A DNA stretch of 64,000 bases, from positions 3,348,001 to 3,412,000 of the forward strand of contig NEEC01000007.1 of the NCBI GenBank assembly GCA_002189035.1, read 5' to 3'. The position numbers and the translations under genes were made by a program. Source of the stretch: Utricularia gibba (Eukaryota > Plantae > Magnoliophyta). The notes beneath the pieces were generated by a model. That model searched no databases and was not told the origin of the DNA. It saw nothing but the letters and a program-made list of their open reading frames with translations. Below are positions 42,301-55,001 of this stretch, piece by piece (position 1 is the stretch's first letter; every line of letters begins with the position of its first letter).

Positions 42301-44095
42301 AATGCTACTGTGTTCTTCTTCTTCCTTGAGTCATTTTGTATCCTGTGTACCATAGCTTCATTTATTTCTCCATTGCATTAGTGGATGATTTCATCTCCCA
42401 TGATTTTCTCCCACCTTGGGTATTCACATAAAACCGGTGTATCTCCCTTTACTCTTCTTGTTTTCAATCAAGCTTCCAAACACACCATCATGTAAAGTTT
42501 TGATCTCTAACACATACAAGCGCAAACGATCCTTACAAAGTGGTATCAAAGTAGATTAGGCTCGTGCTCAAAAATTGTTGTCATTTCTTATGCCCTCTTT
42601 TCCATGTTAACAAGGGGTCTGTATTATTTTGGTTTTCTATTTGCCTTGCTAACTACTTGTGAGAGTTCTCTATGGCATTAAAAACTTGAATGAAGTGGAT
42701 TTTAGTTTACTATTTAGCAGATGAAGATGAAAGTTGTGTTAAACCAACTTAACTTAGATGATGCGATTCAATATATTGGTCTCATGAACTCGACTTGCAC
42801 ACATGAACATAACATCATGAGGGATCAGAAAGCCATGAATCAGATTTAACTACAAAAGATCTATGGAAGAAACTACAAGGAATCTGCATTACAAAGTCTC
42901 TTAATGATAAACTTCACTCAAAGATAAAACTTTATTCACAAGGATTATAAGAAGGTGGTGATTTGAAGCCTCATATATCAAAATTTAAGGAGATTGTGGC
43001 TGATCTTACAATAGCTGATGCTGTCCCTCGGAAGAAGATTTGGCAATGGTGAAATTGTGCTCTCTGCCTCCCTCATACAATAGCTTTAGAGATTCTCTCT
43101 ACTACACCAAACACAAGATTGATCTAGATGATCTCTATATTCGAAAAGTAAGGCTAAACATGTTGTTTATGGAACTACCTTACAAGGTGAAGGTTTGTTT
43201 CATGGAAGCAAAGAGAAATGAAAGGATCGTAATCATCTATTGGAAAATTGAAGAAATTCTGTGTTTACTGCAAGAAAAATAACATTTGAAATCTGAATGC
43301 AGAAAATTACAGCAAAAGAAAAAGACGAAGTCTAAGGACCTCGAAAAAAAACAAGAAAAAAAGGATAATTCCAAGAAATGAAAACCACAATCACAGGGTC
43401 AAGTACACCTCGTTATGGAAGTTTGTAGTGAAGCGGAAATGTTGGCAACTTCCAAATAACTCTTGGCTTATGGAGAGATGCTTGGACTCTAGACAGTGCA
43501 TGCGCATATCATTATACATCAAGAGAAGAATAGTTCTCTACATAGGTTGACTAAAAGTTTAGAGATATTTCAGCTCCTGATGATTGTCCAATGAAATGTG
43601 CTGGGATTTGAACTATAAAGCTAAAACTTCATGATGACTTTGCAAAAATTCTAGCTTCGATGAAGCACATACCCTCACTCAAGAAGAATTTAATGTCTCT
43701 TAATACTCATGGTAAAAAGAGTTGTAAATTCAGTGGTGATAATAGGGTGACAATAGAGGCCTATTGATCTGTACATTTTACAAGGTATCACGAAATCTAC
43801 TTATTTCAATGCAGTGACCAGAAACGACAAAAATGCCTCATCTCTATGGCATTGTCAACTAGCACACATGAGTGTGTGAGGGTTGCAAACATTGTGGTGC
43901 AACAAAAATGTAAACCAGGACTTCACACAAGTCCACACCCTTTGGCTTATCTCCACATTTTGGTGGTGCAACTTACTTCATGTCCATCATTGATGATTAT
44001 TCTTGAGAAACACGAATTTTCTTCCTCAAGCACAAGTCTGAAGCTATCTAGAATTTTAGGACTTGAAAAATAATGATAAAAAAGCAAACAAACAT

Positions 44096-44722
44096 TAATG
44101 GTGTTAAAAATCGGTATGCAGTACGGAGAAGATATAAATGCAATATAAGACCCTAGGTAGTAAAATTCAGAGAGGGAAATCGAAAGGCAATTCAAATGCT
44201 AAATCAGATACCTAGTCGGATTGGACAAATACTACTTGAACTGGAAAGTGGGATCGGTCACCAAATGGAGCAAAAACAACGATTTTAGCATAGTTTGAAA
44301 AGAAACCTGCCTACAAGAGTTTAGACCAGGTGGCGGTTATATGTCAAAAGAACCACAAGTGAAGCTAGCATATTCATCTAGCCATAGAAAGTGACTAACT
44401 CTTTCAAAATCGATCGGCCGGGATCCCCTATAAATAAGAGCTCCATTTCAAAAAGAAGGCACGCTCTACATTATGCGTCCCTCATGCCCCTTGTAATCCT
44501 CTCCTTCTCTCCTTAGTGAAATCCATTTTTCCAGTGAACTCCTTCAACTCCGTGGTTTTTCATCACTATGGTTTCTACATAAAAAACTCTCGATTTTATT
44601 TTCGTACTTGTCATATCATCAAAACTTTAAATCTTATAAATTGGTAAATCATATCACCAAAATCATCGGTTTTCTCTTCATCAAATCGGTTCATTTCTTT
44701 TATACCAATTTCAACCACAACA
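44096..44722 (+). mobile_element. Solo LTR nested in the Copia integrase
   Basis: Perfect TSD AACAT (44091-44095 and 44723-44727). Ends TA(ATGG)...ACAACA, with TG mutated to TA. Internal CTATAAAT. Removing it restores in-frame KKQTN-MYVKRLRTDNG. Confidence 0.85.
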
Positions 44723-45061
44723 AACATGTATGTGAAAAGGTTGAGAACTGATAATGGTCTTGAGTATTGTTCAATTGAATTGGATGTTCTTTGCAAGGAA
44801 ACTGGTATTGTGAGAGATAAAATAAATAGGCATACTCCAATGCCAAATGGGGAGAATGAGAGAATGATTCGCATGATTATGGAAAAGTAATGATGTATGC
44901 TTTTCACAATTGGGCTCTTTGAAAAGTATTGGGTGGAAGCAGCGGAATATGTGGTGATGATCATCAATTGATCTTCAAAACTTCACAATGGCAAGACCCC
45001 ACTTGACTTGTGAAAAGGAGAACCGGTGGATACTCTAGATTGAAGATATTTGGTTCTCCAA

Positions 45062-47923
45062 TATGGGCGTAATCAAGCCGAGTCAGGTCGAGTTTTCGGT
45101 GTGCTTGGCTCCACTTGGCTAACTTTACATCGAGCTCGAGTTTGATTCGAGCTCGGACTGAGCCTGCCAACTTGTGCTTGAGTAGGCTCGAGGCTCGGCT
45201 CGCACTCAAGGAGGATCAAGTATGTGGCTCAAGTTCCAACAGGTTGGGTCTCCTATCTCTATGCATTAATTAATGCTGCAAATTCAATCTCATAAAAGAC
45301 ATGGAATTTTGCTTTTTTTATTGTAAAAAAGGCATGAATTTAGAACAAAATTCAACAAAAGGTACTCATTTTAAAAAAGAAGGTGATGACATCAACAAAA
45401 CCCTCTCAATTCTACAAACTAACACCACAAATAGAGTTATTCAATGCCCATAAATCATCGTTCTTGATAGCATTATTACCCTCAGCAAAATATTGCCATC
45501 GTCTACCCCCATCTCTTAGTAGCAAACAAACATGAAATATGAATACAAATCATAACTCAAATTCAAAAAGTATGCAATATGAATAATCACAGATTGCCAA
45601 AAGTTCTATTTCCAAGTTCTAACAATTCACAACACGGTTTCATGATCAAGTAAAGTAAATTCCAAAGGTTCTTCTTCCATCTGAATGAAATGAGGTAAAC
45701 ATTATTAGAATAATAAATAGTGCTATTGATATGGAATGAAAAATAAAAACTCTTGTACCGATTTAGATTTTTTAATGCCATGAAGATGAAGAACCTAATC
45801 ACCGCCGCATAAAAGAACTTGGATAGCCTCTTTTGACAAAGAAGCGTGATATGAATCAAGAACCCTTTCTCCATTACTAAAAGTTGATTCTGATGCAACT
45901 GTAGTAGAAGGAATATATAAAATATCATATGACATGCATGATAATATTTTGTATTTCAGTTCATTTGCCTTCCACCACTACAACACATCAAATTTTAAGG
46001 ATTCTTCTTCCCTTTTGGCTTAAAACAGTTTTTCTTTCAAGTAAAGCTCTAGCTCAGATTTTTCAAGTTGGAGACTATGTGAAAAGTGCAGAATTGATTA
46101 AAATCAGGCCATCCAATGAATACCTGATTATTTGAATGTGAAATATTAGCAGAAGAGCCAATCAAGTTAAAATTTCATCTGATGAACGATTTCAAAAAAC
46201 CTCTTAAATCTTGCTTTTGATGTAGTGATATACCGTACACCATCTCTAATCACTTGAATGACATTTTTAATCTTCAACAATCCATCTTGAACAATCAAAT
46301 TTAAAATGTGAGCAATACACCTAATATGAAACATTTTTCCCCAATAAAGGCAAGTTGCGAACACCTGAAAAGGTTTTTCTTAATGTCCAAATTGCCACAT
46401 TATTTGCTGAAGCATTATTAACCGCAATAGAGAATACTTTTTCTCCAATTTCCCAATCTCTAATGCATCGACTCACTGATTCAGCAATTTCTATTCCCGA
46501 ATGTGGAGGGGGAATATCAAGAAAACTAAGTAAACATTTTTCAAGCTTCCAATCAAGCACAAAATGACTCATAATACACATATAAGATATCCCTTGTGAT
46601 AAGCATTTCCATATATCAGTGGTAAGAGATATTTCTTACCATCTTCAAAAGTATTTTCAATTTGTTCTTCTCTTTCTCGTACACAGCCATGTAATCATTT
46701 TTATCTCTATCTTGTGATATCTTTGTATATCCAGGTAAGTGAAGTTTCATTATAAATAGAAATTCTTATTCTTAAACCACACCAAAAGCCTACTCGTGCA
46801 TAAAGTATCCAATGTGTCATAGCTCTTCCCGTTGTCTTCTATGATCATATGTACCACTTGAAATGATGGGCCCTTCCACTTTAGATTCCATTGGTTGAAG
46901 ATTTAAATTTCTCTAATTCTTCAAAAAGGGCTCTAGCTAAACATGTTTTTTTTTCCAAATGCCTTTTCAAATGAGTAGTTGATTGACTTTTGGATATACT
47001 CAACTTACGCTTACAATGTATACACTTGGCCTTTTTCTCACCATTAGGCAAAGTAATTTCCTCAAACTCCTTCAGTTTTTTTTTCCTTTCTCTGAAATGA
47101 TCGTCTTCATCACCATCTTTTTCTTCCTCAGGTGCAATAACATCATCATCTATGTGAATTTCTTCTTATTCAACATCAGCACTTAATAATTCCTCTAAAC
47201 CAAGGTTTCCTGATCCACCTTTCTCCATATATTCTGAATTTTCTTCCATCTAAATCCTAGAGAAGAAAGACTCGATATAATTAACAAAAGGTTCAAAAAG
47301 ATACATAATAAAGCAATTCAAAAACTTAAGAAATTCAGAAATCCACAAACGATTTCTAACAGATTAAAAAACCTACATACAATTCAAAAACTTAAGCAAT
47401 ACAATAATTCAAAAATGATTTGTAATCCAAAAATGATTTCTAATGATTTTCATAATCCAAATATTCAGTAATTTAGCAATACATTTGACTAGAGAACAAT
47501 CAAAATCCGAATCATGTTTCTGAAACCCAAAAATATAAGCCCTTAGAAAAAAAATGCATGTAAATACATAAATGAATTTATACTAAATGTAGTTAATGTA
47601 AATAAATAAAAAATCTGATATAACTTATCAATACCTTTGTTCTCAGTCATTGTAGCATGCAAGGTTTAATTGATCAAATCATAAAATAAGATACACTAGG
47701 GTTTCTTACACATATTTAAAGCCTAAACCCTTTAATTACCCGGGTTGAGCCTTGAGTCATTGTGCCGAGCCCATGCTTGATCAGGCTCGACCCGATTAAG
47801 TGTATTGAGCTCGGTTGGTGGATCTAGCTCGGTCTTGGGCTCATGCAAATCGAACTCGGGCCAAGTCTTTATCGAGCCGAGCTTCGAGCCGCTTGATTAA
47901 GACCCAGCCTGATTGCACCCCTA
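45062..47923 (-). mobile_element. hAT DNA transposon (BED-finger/RICESLEEPER-type transposase remnant) nested in Copia
   Basis: 17-bp TIRs TATGGGCGTAATCAAGC versus TAGGGGTGCAATCAGGC; 8-bp TSD TTCTCCAA / TTCTCCAG; dense (C)GAGC/GCTCG subterminal repeats at both ends. Transposase fragments include FHIRCIAHILNLIVQDGL. Removing it restores Copia FGSP-VYAYVND. Confidence 0.92.
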
Positions 47924-50832
47924 TTCTCCAGTATATGCCTATGTCAATGACGAAAAGCTATAACCAAGAAAATGCATTTTTATTGGTTTCAAACCCATTA
48001 CCAAAGGTTGTAAGCTATGGAGTCCCAACCTGAAACATGTGATTATGTGTGAGGATGTTGTATTCAATGAAAAGTCTCTTATGTACAAAAAATCTGAGGA
48101 AAGGAAAAATGTTAAAATTGCTTCCCAAGAGACTTCCTCAAGTAAAAACCAGTTGAGTATTGAATTTGTAGAATCCAAAGTTGAACAAAATGCTAAGGGT
48201 GATGCTTCTAAGTATGCTAACGAGCTATCCACAACCCTTGAAAATTTAGAGCAAACCATAGTTATTTGAAGAACTTGAAGAGAAGTTAAAATTTCTGCTA
48301 TATATATTGAAGCTGACCTAATAGCTTTTGCTCTTGTAATAGCTGATGATCTTGAGTTGGAAGATGAACCTAGCACTCTCCAAGATGCTACAAAGTCCAA
48401 AAATTCGAAGTAATGGCATGAAGCCATGGGTGAATAAATTGCCTGTCTACAAAAAAAAAAAAAAAAAGACATGGTCTCTTGTTCTGCTTCCTGCATGAAA
48501 GAAAGTTGTAAAATGCAAATTAAGTAATAGAATTAAGGATGGAATTCTTGGGGTTGAACCAAGAAGATTCAAAGTAAGGCTAGTGGCTAAAGGTTTTAGT
48601 CAAATTCCCGACTTGGATTTTATGATGCTTATTTCATGGTAGTTAAACTCACTACCATTCAACTTATCCCAAGTCTGGTTGTAAGAAAGAATTTGGAGCT
48701 ACATTAGATGGATATAAAGATTGCATTTTTAAATGGCACACTCAATGAGGAGATTTACATGCTTCAACCCGAATGATACATTAAACAAGGAACTATAGAA
48801 CTTGAGTGGAAGCTGAATATAGCTTTTTACGAGCTCAAGCAATCGCCCTAACAATGATATAAGCGATTTGCTATCTTTTTATTCAATATTAGCTTCTTAC
48901 AAATTGCTTATGATCCTTATTTCTTTTTCTTAAAACAAGCTAATGATGTTGATATGGTGTTCTTATTAGTATATATTGAAAATATACTTCTTGTTGCAAA
49001 GTTTACTTATGTTATTCAACAACTTAAGCATAAGCTTGTCTCAAAGTTCGAGATGAAAGATCTCAATGAAGCATAAAAAATTCTTAGCATCAAAATTTTC
49101 TAGGACAAGTCAAAAGGGTACTTTGCTGATGACTCAATCCTCTTACATGCAAAAGGTTCTTGAAAAATTTCTTATATTTGATGAAAAACCTGTTAGTGTT
49201 CCTCTTGCTGCTCACTTTAAGTTATCGGCATCATTGTGCCCAAAAAATGTTGAAAAAGTGCAAGAGATGGAATGTATGTCGTATGCCAATGTGTTTGACT
49301 CTCTAATGCATTATATAATATGCACAAGACTCGATTTTTCTCATACTATGAGTGTGTTAAGTCGATACATGGGAAACTTGGGAAAAAAACATTGGCATGT
49401 TGCTCAGTGGACTTTGAGATTCCTTGCTAGAACTCAAAACGTCTTTTATTCACTTCTTCAAACATTGGAGTTATTGGTTTCTCTAACTCTTGATTTGGAC
49501 TCTCGAAAATCCCTTATTGTCTATATATTCTTATTGAGAAATACAACTATATCATGGAAGGCAATGTTACAACATTCACCAGCACTTTCCACCACCAAGA
49601 TCGAATTAATGTCACTTACCGTGGCTGTCAAAGAAGCTATTTGGCTTAATGGTTTTCTCTCTAAACTTGGTGTGCAAAAACTGATGAAAGGAGTTCTATG
49701 TTTTAGTTGAAGTGCAATTTTTTTGGCTAAAGATTCTATGTTTCACAACCGCACAAAGCATATTGATGTTTGTTACAGTACATCCAAGAAGTGATTGAGA
49801 AGGATCAAGTGCAAGTGTTAACCAAAGTGTTGTCGACAACCAAATTCCTCACTTTGAGGAGGCTAGTGGGTCTTCTTGAGAACAAAGTTATTAGCATCTG
49901 AAGTCGTCCACTCATTCTGTAGGGATGGTTCTCCTCTACCGTGACTTATGTTGCCGAGTGCTACAGTGAGGAGAAGGTGTCGAGAACTCTATTGACAGGG
50001 CATTGAAGGAAGTTAATGATGTGCATTTATGTTACTATGAACCATATTGAGTAAACTCTTAGTCAAGGGGATATTTGTTGAGTCTATGTCTCTCGTTTGA
50101 TATAACTTGGGTCATTATAATTCAACCCAAAGACAAGACGTGGCATCTCTCTCACGTAACATGGCATAGACAAAGTGATAAGACATTTCTTTTAAGGATG
50201 TTACAGGTGTCGCGTTCTTCTTATTCCTTTAGTCATTTTGTCTCTTGTATATTTTAACTTCATTGATTTTTTCTTTACATTAGTAGATAGCTTCATCGCT
50301 CGTGGTTTTCTTTCACCTTGGGTTTTCATGTAAAATCAGTGTATCTTCCTTTTCTCTTTTTGTTTTCGATCAAGCTTTCAAACACCCTATCACATAAAGT
50401 TTTGATCTCTAACACATACGAGCACGAACGATCATTATAGGTATCCTACGTACTCCAAATGACACTCCGTTAGCTTCATAAGTTTAAGATCAATTACAAT
50501 TCCATGTAGACACAAAGTCACAAGATTACATCGAAAGGGAGTAGGAGAAATAGAACTTTGTTCCTATTCTACTGAAATCGAGAAACCGACGAGATAGGAA
50601 ATTGTCTCAAAATGTAAATAAATAAAGAGTCCTTTTACATAAAATTGATGATTATCAAGTGCGTAACTCACTGAAAAGAAGAAGACCCAAGAAGGGGCCG
50701 ATGAGTGAAGCATACACGAAGCAACGCATGCCTAGATCAATGCAAGCATCCCACTTAGCGTTCAAATGATACTTCACCAGAATCTAAGGTTCTTTCTCGT
50801 CCACTGTTTTTTGAAGTTTACCCATGAAACAT

Positions 50833-51950
50833 TGATAAACGAAAAATATGCAATGTATACAATTATGAGCATAGTGTTTAGGGTCGAACACAAAAAGTAG
50901 GTACTTGTTATGTGATATCAATGCATGCAATCAATGTCACGTTGATAGATTTAGTCTTAATTAGGACTAAAACCGGTCTGTGATAAAATACAGAAAAGAA
51001 AAGCAATAAATTCTTGAGCTCGGTTATGCTTAAGATGAGATGGGTGGTGCCTTGGGACTTCTAGGACTTGCATGCTGATCACTAAAATAACTTCACATAT
51101 ACCACAAATCATACATCTAACAAGCAAAAGTCTAGATCTATCCAAACCCTTGTTTTCTCATAATTTTTTGTCTACCTCTAATTAGGGTTGTTAAGATGAA
51201 TTTTACTCATTCCCTCTCTTAGATCTATCCTAGTTTGATAAGGAAGTAGTGTGATCTATGGTTAACAAGGTCAAATCATTAATTAGCACATTATAGCTCT
51301 TTTGCCCCAAGGCAACCTTTCTAAGTACTTAGCCACTCATAACAAAGAAAAAGAAATCATTTTCATAACATATCCTATGCAATATTCTAATGTCAAAGTG
51401 AAACGACAACATAAGATGTATAACAGAATATAAACAACAAATTGTTCATGTAGAAAAACTAGAACTAGTCTTAGTTAGGAAAGTGTTCTTCAAAAGTAGA
51501 AGAAATCTTCCAAAAGGGAGCTCGTTTTTTTGGAACATCTTCCCTATTCTCCTTGGTGTTCACGTGATGAGGAGATATTTTTCTAGAAGTCTCCAGCCTA
51601 TTGTTCAATGTCCTCCTCCTCTTCTTTCTCTCCCATCATTTCCAAAAATCCTATTTTTTACTTCTTTGAGATTTGTTTGTACTTCATCTAGCTTTTTGCC
51701 CATATTTTCTATGACTACACTGTTCTTTTTCGGTTCCTCGAGATTTGGGGTGGCTGACAATTGTTGCATTGCTCTAAGGAATTATTAGAAACAAGGTTGA
51801 GACTAAATCATAGATTTAGTCATAACTAGGAATAAAACATGCGATTGTAATGTTAGTCGTAAAACCATAGAAATTCATATTAGAACTTAAGTTTTGTGAC
51901 AAAATATCAAATATTTTTTACTCTTAAACATTCAAAAATATGTGTTATCA
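50833..51950 (-). mobile_element. Solo LTR, Athila-like Ty3 (family A)
   Basis: TGATAAAC...GTTATCA; TSD AACAT / AACTT (4/5); paralogue of 5259-6403. Confidence 0.88.
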
Positions 51951-52146
51951 AACTTATTTCAAATTCTTTCGTTGGTATTCTTAGGGTCATCATCAAATGC
52001 CCAATTGACCCTTTGATTGGGCTTATTGCTTTTAATTTTATAGTGACCCAATCATCTTTATAAAAACATCATCCTTGTCGGCTTCGAGCGGGGAATATCT
52101 GATTGACAATTCCAATCGCGATCCCGGTTGTGCAGTGAGACCAGAA

Positions 52147-54169
52147 ATGGCCACCTGTGGGGAAGTGATTTCTAGTGTCCAAGTACCTCTACTAGACGAC
52201 TCCGTGGAGGGCTGCGTCGACATCAAAGGTCGCCCTGTTTTCCGATCCAAATCCGGTGGCTGGAAGTCTGCAGCTTTCATCATAGGTACTTTATTTACTC
52301 CATATCCTCGCTCGAATTCTTTATTTTCGACTTTTCTTTTTGTTTCTGTGACCGGAGCGAGCAATTTCAGGAGTTGAGGTGGCGGAGAGATTCAGTTACT
52401 ATGGAATTAGTTCGAATCTGATCAGCTATTTGACCGGGCCTCTGGGCCAGTCCACGGCCACGGCGGCGGAGAATGTGAATGCGTGGGCTGGGACGGCGTC
52501 ACTTCAACCGCTATTGGGTGCTTTTGTAGCTGACTCTTTTCTGGGTCGATATCGAATGATCGTTCTTGCTTCGATCCTTTATGTTGTGGTTGGTAGTCAC
52601 ATTCTTCAGCGAAACTGTCGTTTTCTTTTTGCTGGTTAAGCTCTTTGTTCATATATTTCCACTGATTTCAGGGCCTTGGATGCTTGGCTCTGTCAGCTCT
52701 GATTTACACATCAAACTCATCCAACTGCCGAAGTTCACCGAGTGATTCTTGTTCACCACCAACTTTCCAAATTGTTCTTTTCTTCTTCTCTCTGTATATG
52801 GTAGCTCTAGCTCAAGGAGGGCACAAGCCTTGTGTCCAAGCTTTTGGAGCAGACCAGTTTGATGAAAGAAATCCACGAGAATGTAAAGACAAGAGCTCCT
52901 TCTTCAACTGGTGGTACTTTTCATTCTGCTCTGGTGTTTTAGTAGCGCTTTCAGTTTTAAGCTACATACAAGACAACTTGAGTTGGGCCCTTGGTTTTGG
53001 TATCCCCTGCATCATCATGGTCATGGCCCTGATTCTCTTTCTGCTTGGAACTTCCACATACCGGTTCCATGTCGAAAATGATAATGAAAATCCATTCCTC
53101 AGAATAGGTAGAGTGTTTGTTAGAGCAGCAAAAAATTGGCGTGTTACAGATGCAGCTGTAGCAGCAGAAGCCGAGGCTCAGGGAATTCTTCTTCACCAAG
53201 GGTTTCAGCACTACAAGTAGGTATCCTTGAAGTATCCTTTTGCTTCATCCGTTGAAAGCATGGTCTTGCCACATAAACTGTTGGTCACTTGATTTCATGT
53301 GCTGCTTTGGCTTCTTGCTTCTTCTGAGGATTAACTCAAGTTTATGCATTGCTGATAGGTGTCTTAATAAAGCGTTAATTGTACCTGAAGGATCAAGTAG
53401 AAATTCCAATGTCTGCAGCATCAGTGGCATTGAAGAAGCCAAAGCTGCTCTGAGGCTCGTTCCAATATGGGCATCATGCTTGATTTACACGGTAGTGTAC
53501 GCTCAAGTCACAACTTTTTTCACCAAGCAAGGGACTACCATGGACCGCCAAATCACTGCAAGCTTTCAAGTGCCACCTGCCTCTCTTCAGTTACTCGTTA
53601 CTCTATCCATCGTTCTCTTCATTCCTATCTACGACCGCATCCTGGTTCCAGTAGCACGAGCCATAACTAAGAGACCATCAGGTATAACAATGCTTCAGCG
53701 AATTGGAACAGGATTGTTCCTCTCTGCACTTTCGATGGTGTATGCTGCCCTAGTGGAGAAGAAACGCCTTGATACGGCAATTGAACATGGGCTGATCGAC
53801 AAACCAAAGGTGACAGTCCCAATGAGCGTGTGGTGGTTGGCACCTCAGTACTTGCTCTCTGGGATTTCAGATGTGTTCACAATTGTTGGCTTGCAAGAGT
53901 TGTTCTATGATCAGGTTCCCAATGAGCTCAGAAGTATTGGCTTAGCTTTGTATCTTAGCATATTTGGAGTGGGGAGTTTCATCAGCACTTTTCTTATATC
54001 TTGTATAGAGAGAGCCACAGGTGGCCCCGGTCGGGATAGCTGGTTCTCGAACAACCTTAATCGAGCTCACCTGGATTATTTCTACTGGCTCCTGGCTAGC
54101 CTCAGTGCAGCTTCACTTGTGGCCTATCTCCTGTTTGCGAGCTCCTATGTTTACACCAGAAAAAGGTGA
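52147..54169 (+). CDS. NRT1/PTR family (NPF) transporter, NPF5 subfamily (NPF5.10-like); 4 exons
   Basis: Exons read MATCGEV...[11 protein letters not shown] | [26 protein letters not shown]... (ExxER motif) | ...[16 protein letters not shown]...SFFNWWYF... | ...[19 protein letters not shown]...[13 protein letters not shown]...YTRKR*. GT-AG junctions. Subfamily assigned from motif resemblance only. Confidence 0.95.
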
Positions 54170-54568
54170 AGCGCCTCAGAGTGGCATCACTCTGCATCAC
54201 CAAGGCATGTCAGTTATATTCATGCGAATACAACAAACAGAGGTGGATTCTGATCAATACACTTGGACGGTTAGAATTCAAGCTATAGTTTCTTGCATGA
54301 TCTGAGACATCACATGGATGCTTTGGTCTTGTCTGCTTTCTTCAATCGGTGTGCGAGATGTATGATGTGTAAGACAAGAATAAACTTTTGCTTGCTCCTT
54401 GGGGTCAGCAGATCTGCAAATTTATATATTCTTTCTGTTGCCATTCCCCCTTGTTCAAAAGTGCCCCTACTCTCGAGCCTCGGCAACTTGGTCTATGGAC
54501 CTTGTTGTTCTAAAACCATGCCAGCCATTGAAGAAACAATTGAAGGGGTGAAATGATCAATACACCAA

Positions 54569-54893
54569 GGTGTGTGTTTGGCAGGAGGTCTGGATTAATA
54601 AAAATTAGAATTAACAAGGTTTAAAACTGAGCTCAAATTTATTCTTATTTAGATAAAAATAAATTTGATAGTGATGCTTATTTAAAACGTGATTTATAAT
54701 GTGAATTATTTAATATAAAACATCCAATTTATTTTAAACATACAAGGAGGTAGGTTGAGTTTGAATTCAAGAAGTGTAGAAAAATGATGTTTAACTTAAA
54801 CTTGTATTTTTAAATTAACCCCTTCTAACAAACATGGATAATATTAAACCAAATCCAATAAAATCAAGCTAAACACCCCTACCAAACAGCCCC
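54569..54893. mobile_element. Tourist-like MITE between the convergent NPF and patellin 3' ends
   Basis: Imperfect TIRs with TGTTTGG core (GGTGTGTGTTTGG on the left, CCAAACAGCCCC on the right); flanks CAA / TAA; AT-rich body. Confidence 0.55.
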
Positions 54894-55001
54894 TAATAGG
54901 ATTATTCAAAGACACATACTATACAAGCTCATAATCTGCAACATACAACATGAAAGCATCAAAACAGACACAGAAAAGCAACCTTTCCAAGCTTCTTTAC
55001 A

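Larger units (their letters stand above)
42176..50439 (+). mobile_element. Full-length decayed Ty1/Copia element with nested solo LTR and hAT
   Basis: Paired ~363-bp LTRs at 42176-42537 and 50076-50439; TSD GGGAT / GGTAT; PBS TGGTATCAAAG at 42541 (tRNA-iMet type); PPT AAGGGGA before the 3' LTR. Coding remnants include integrase KRLRTDNGLEY, RT and RNase H (AVKEAIWL...RTKHIDV). Confidence 0.92.
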
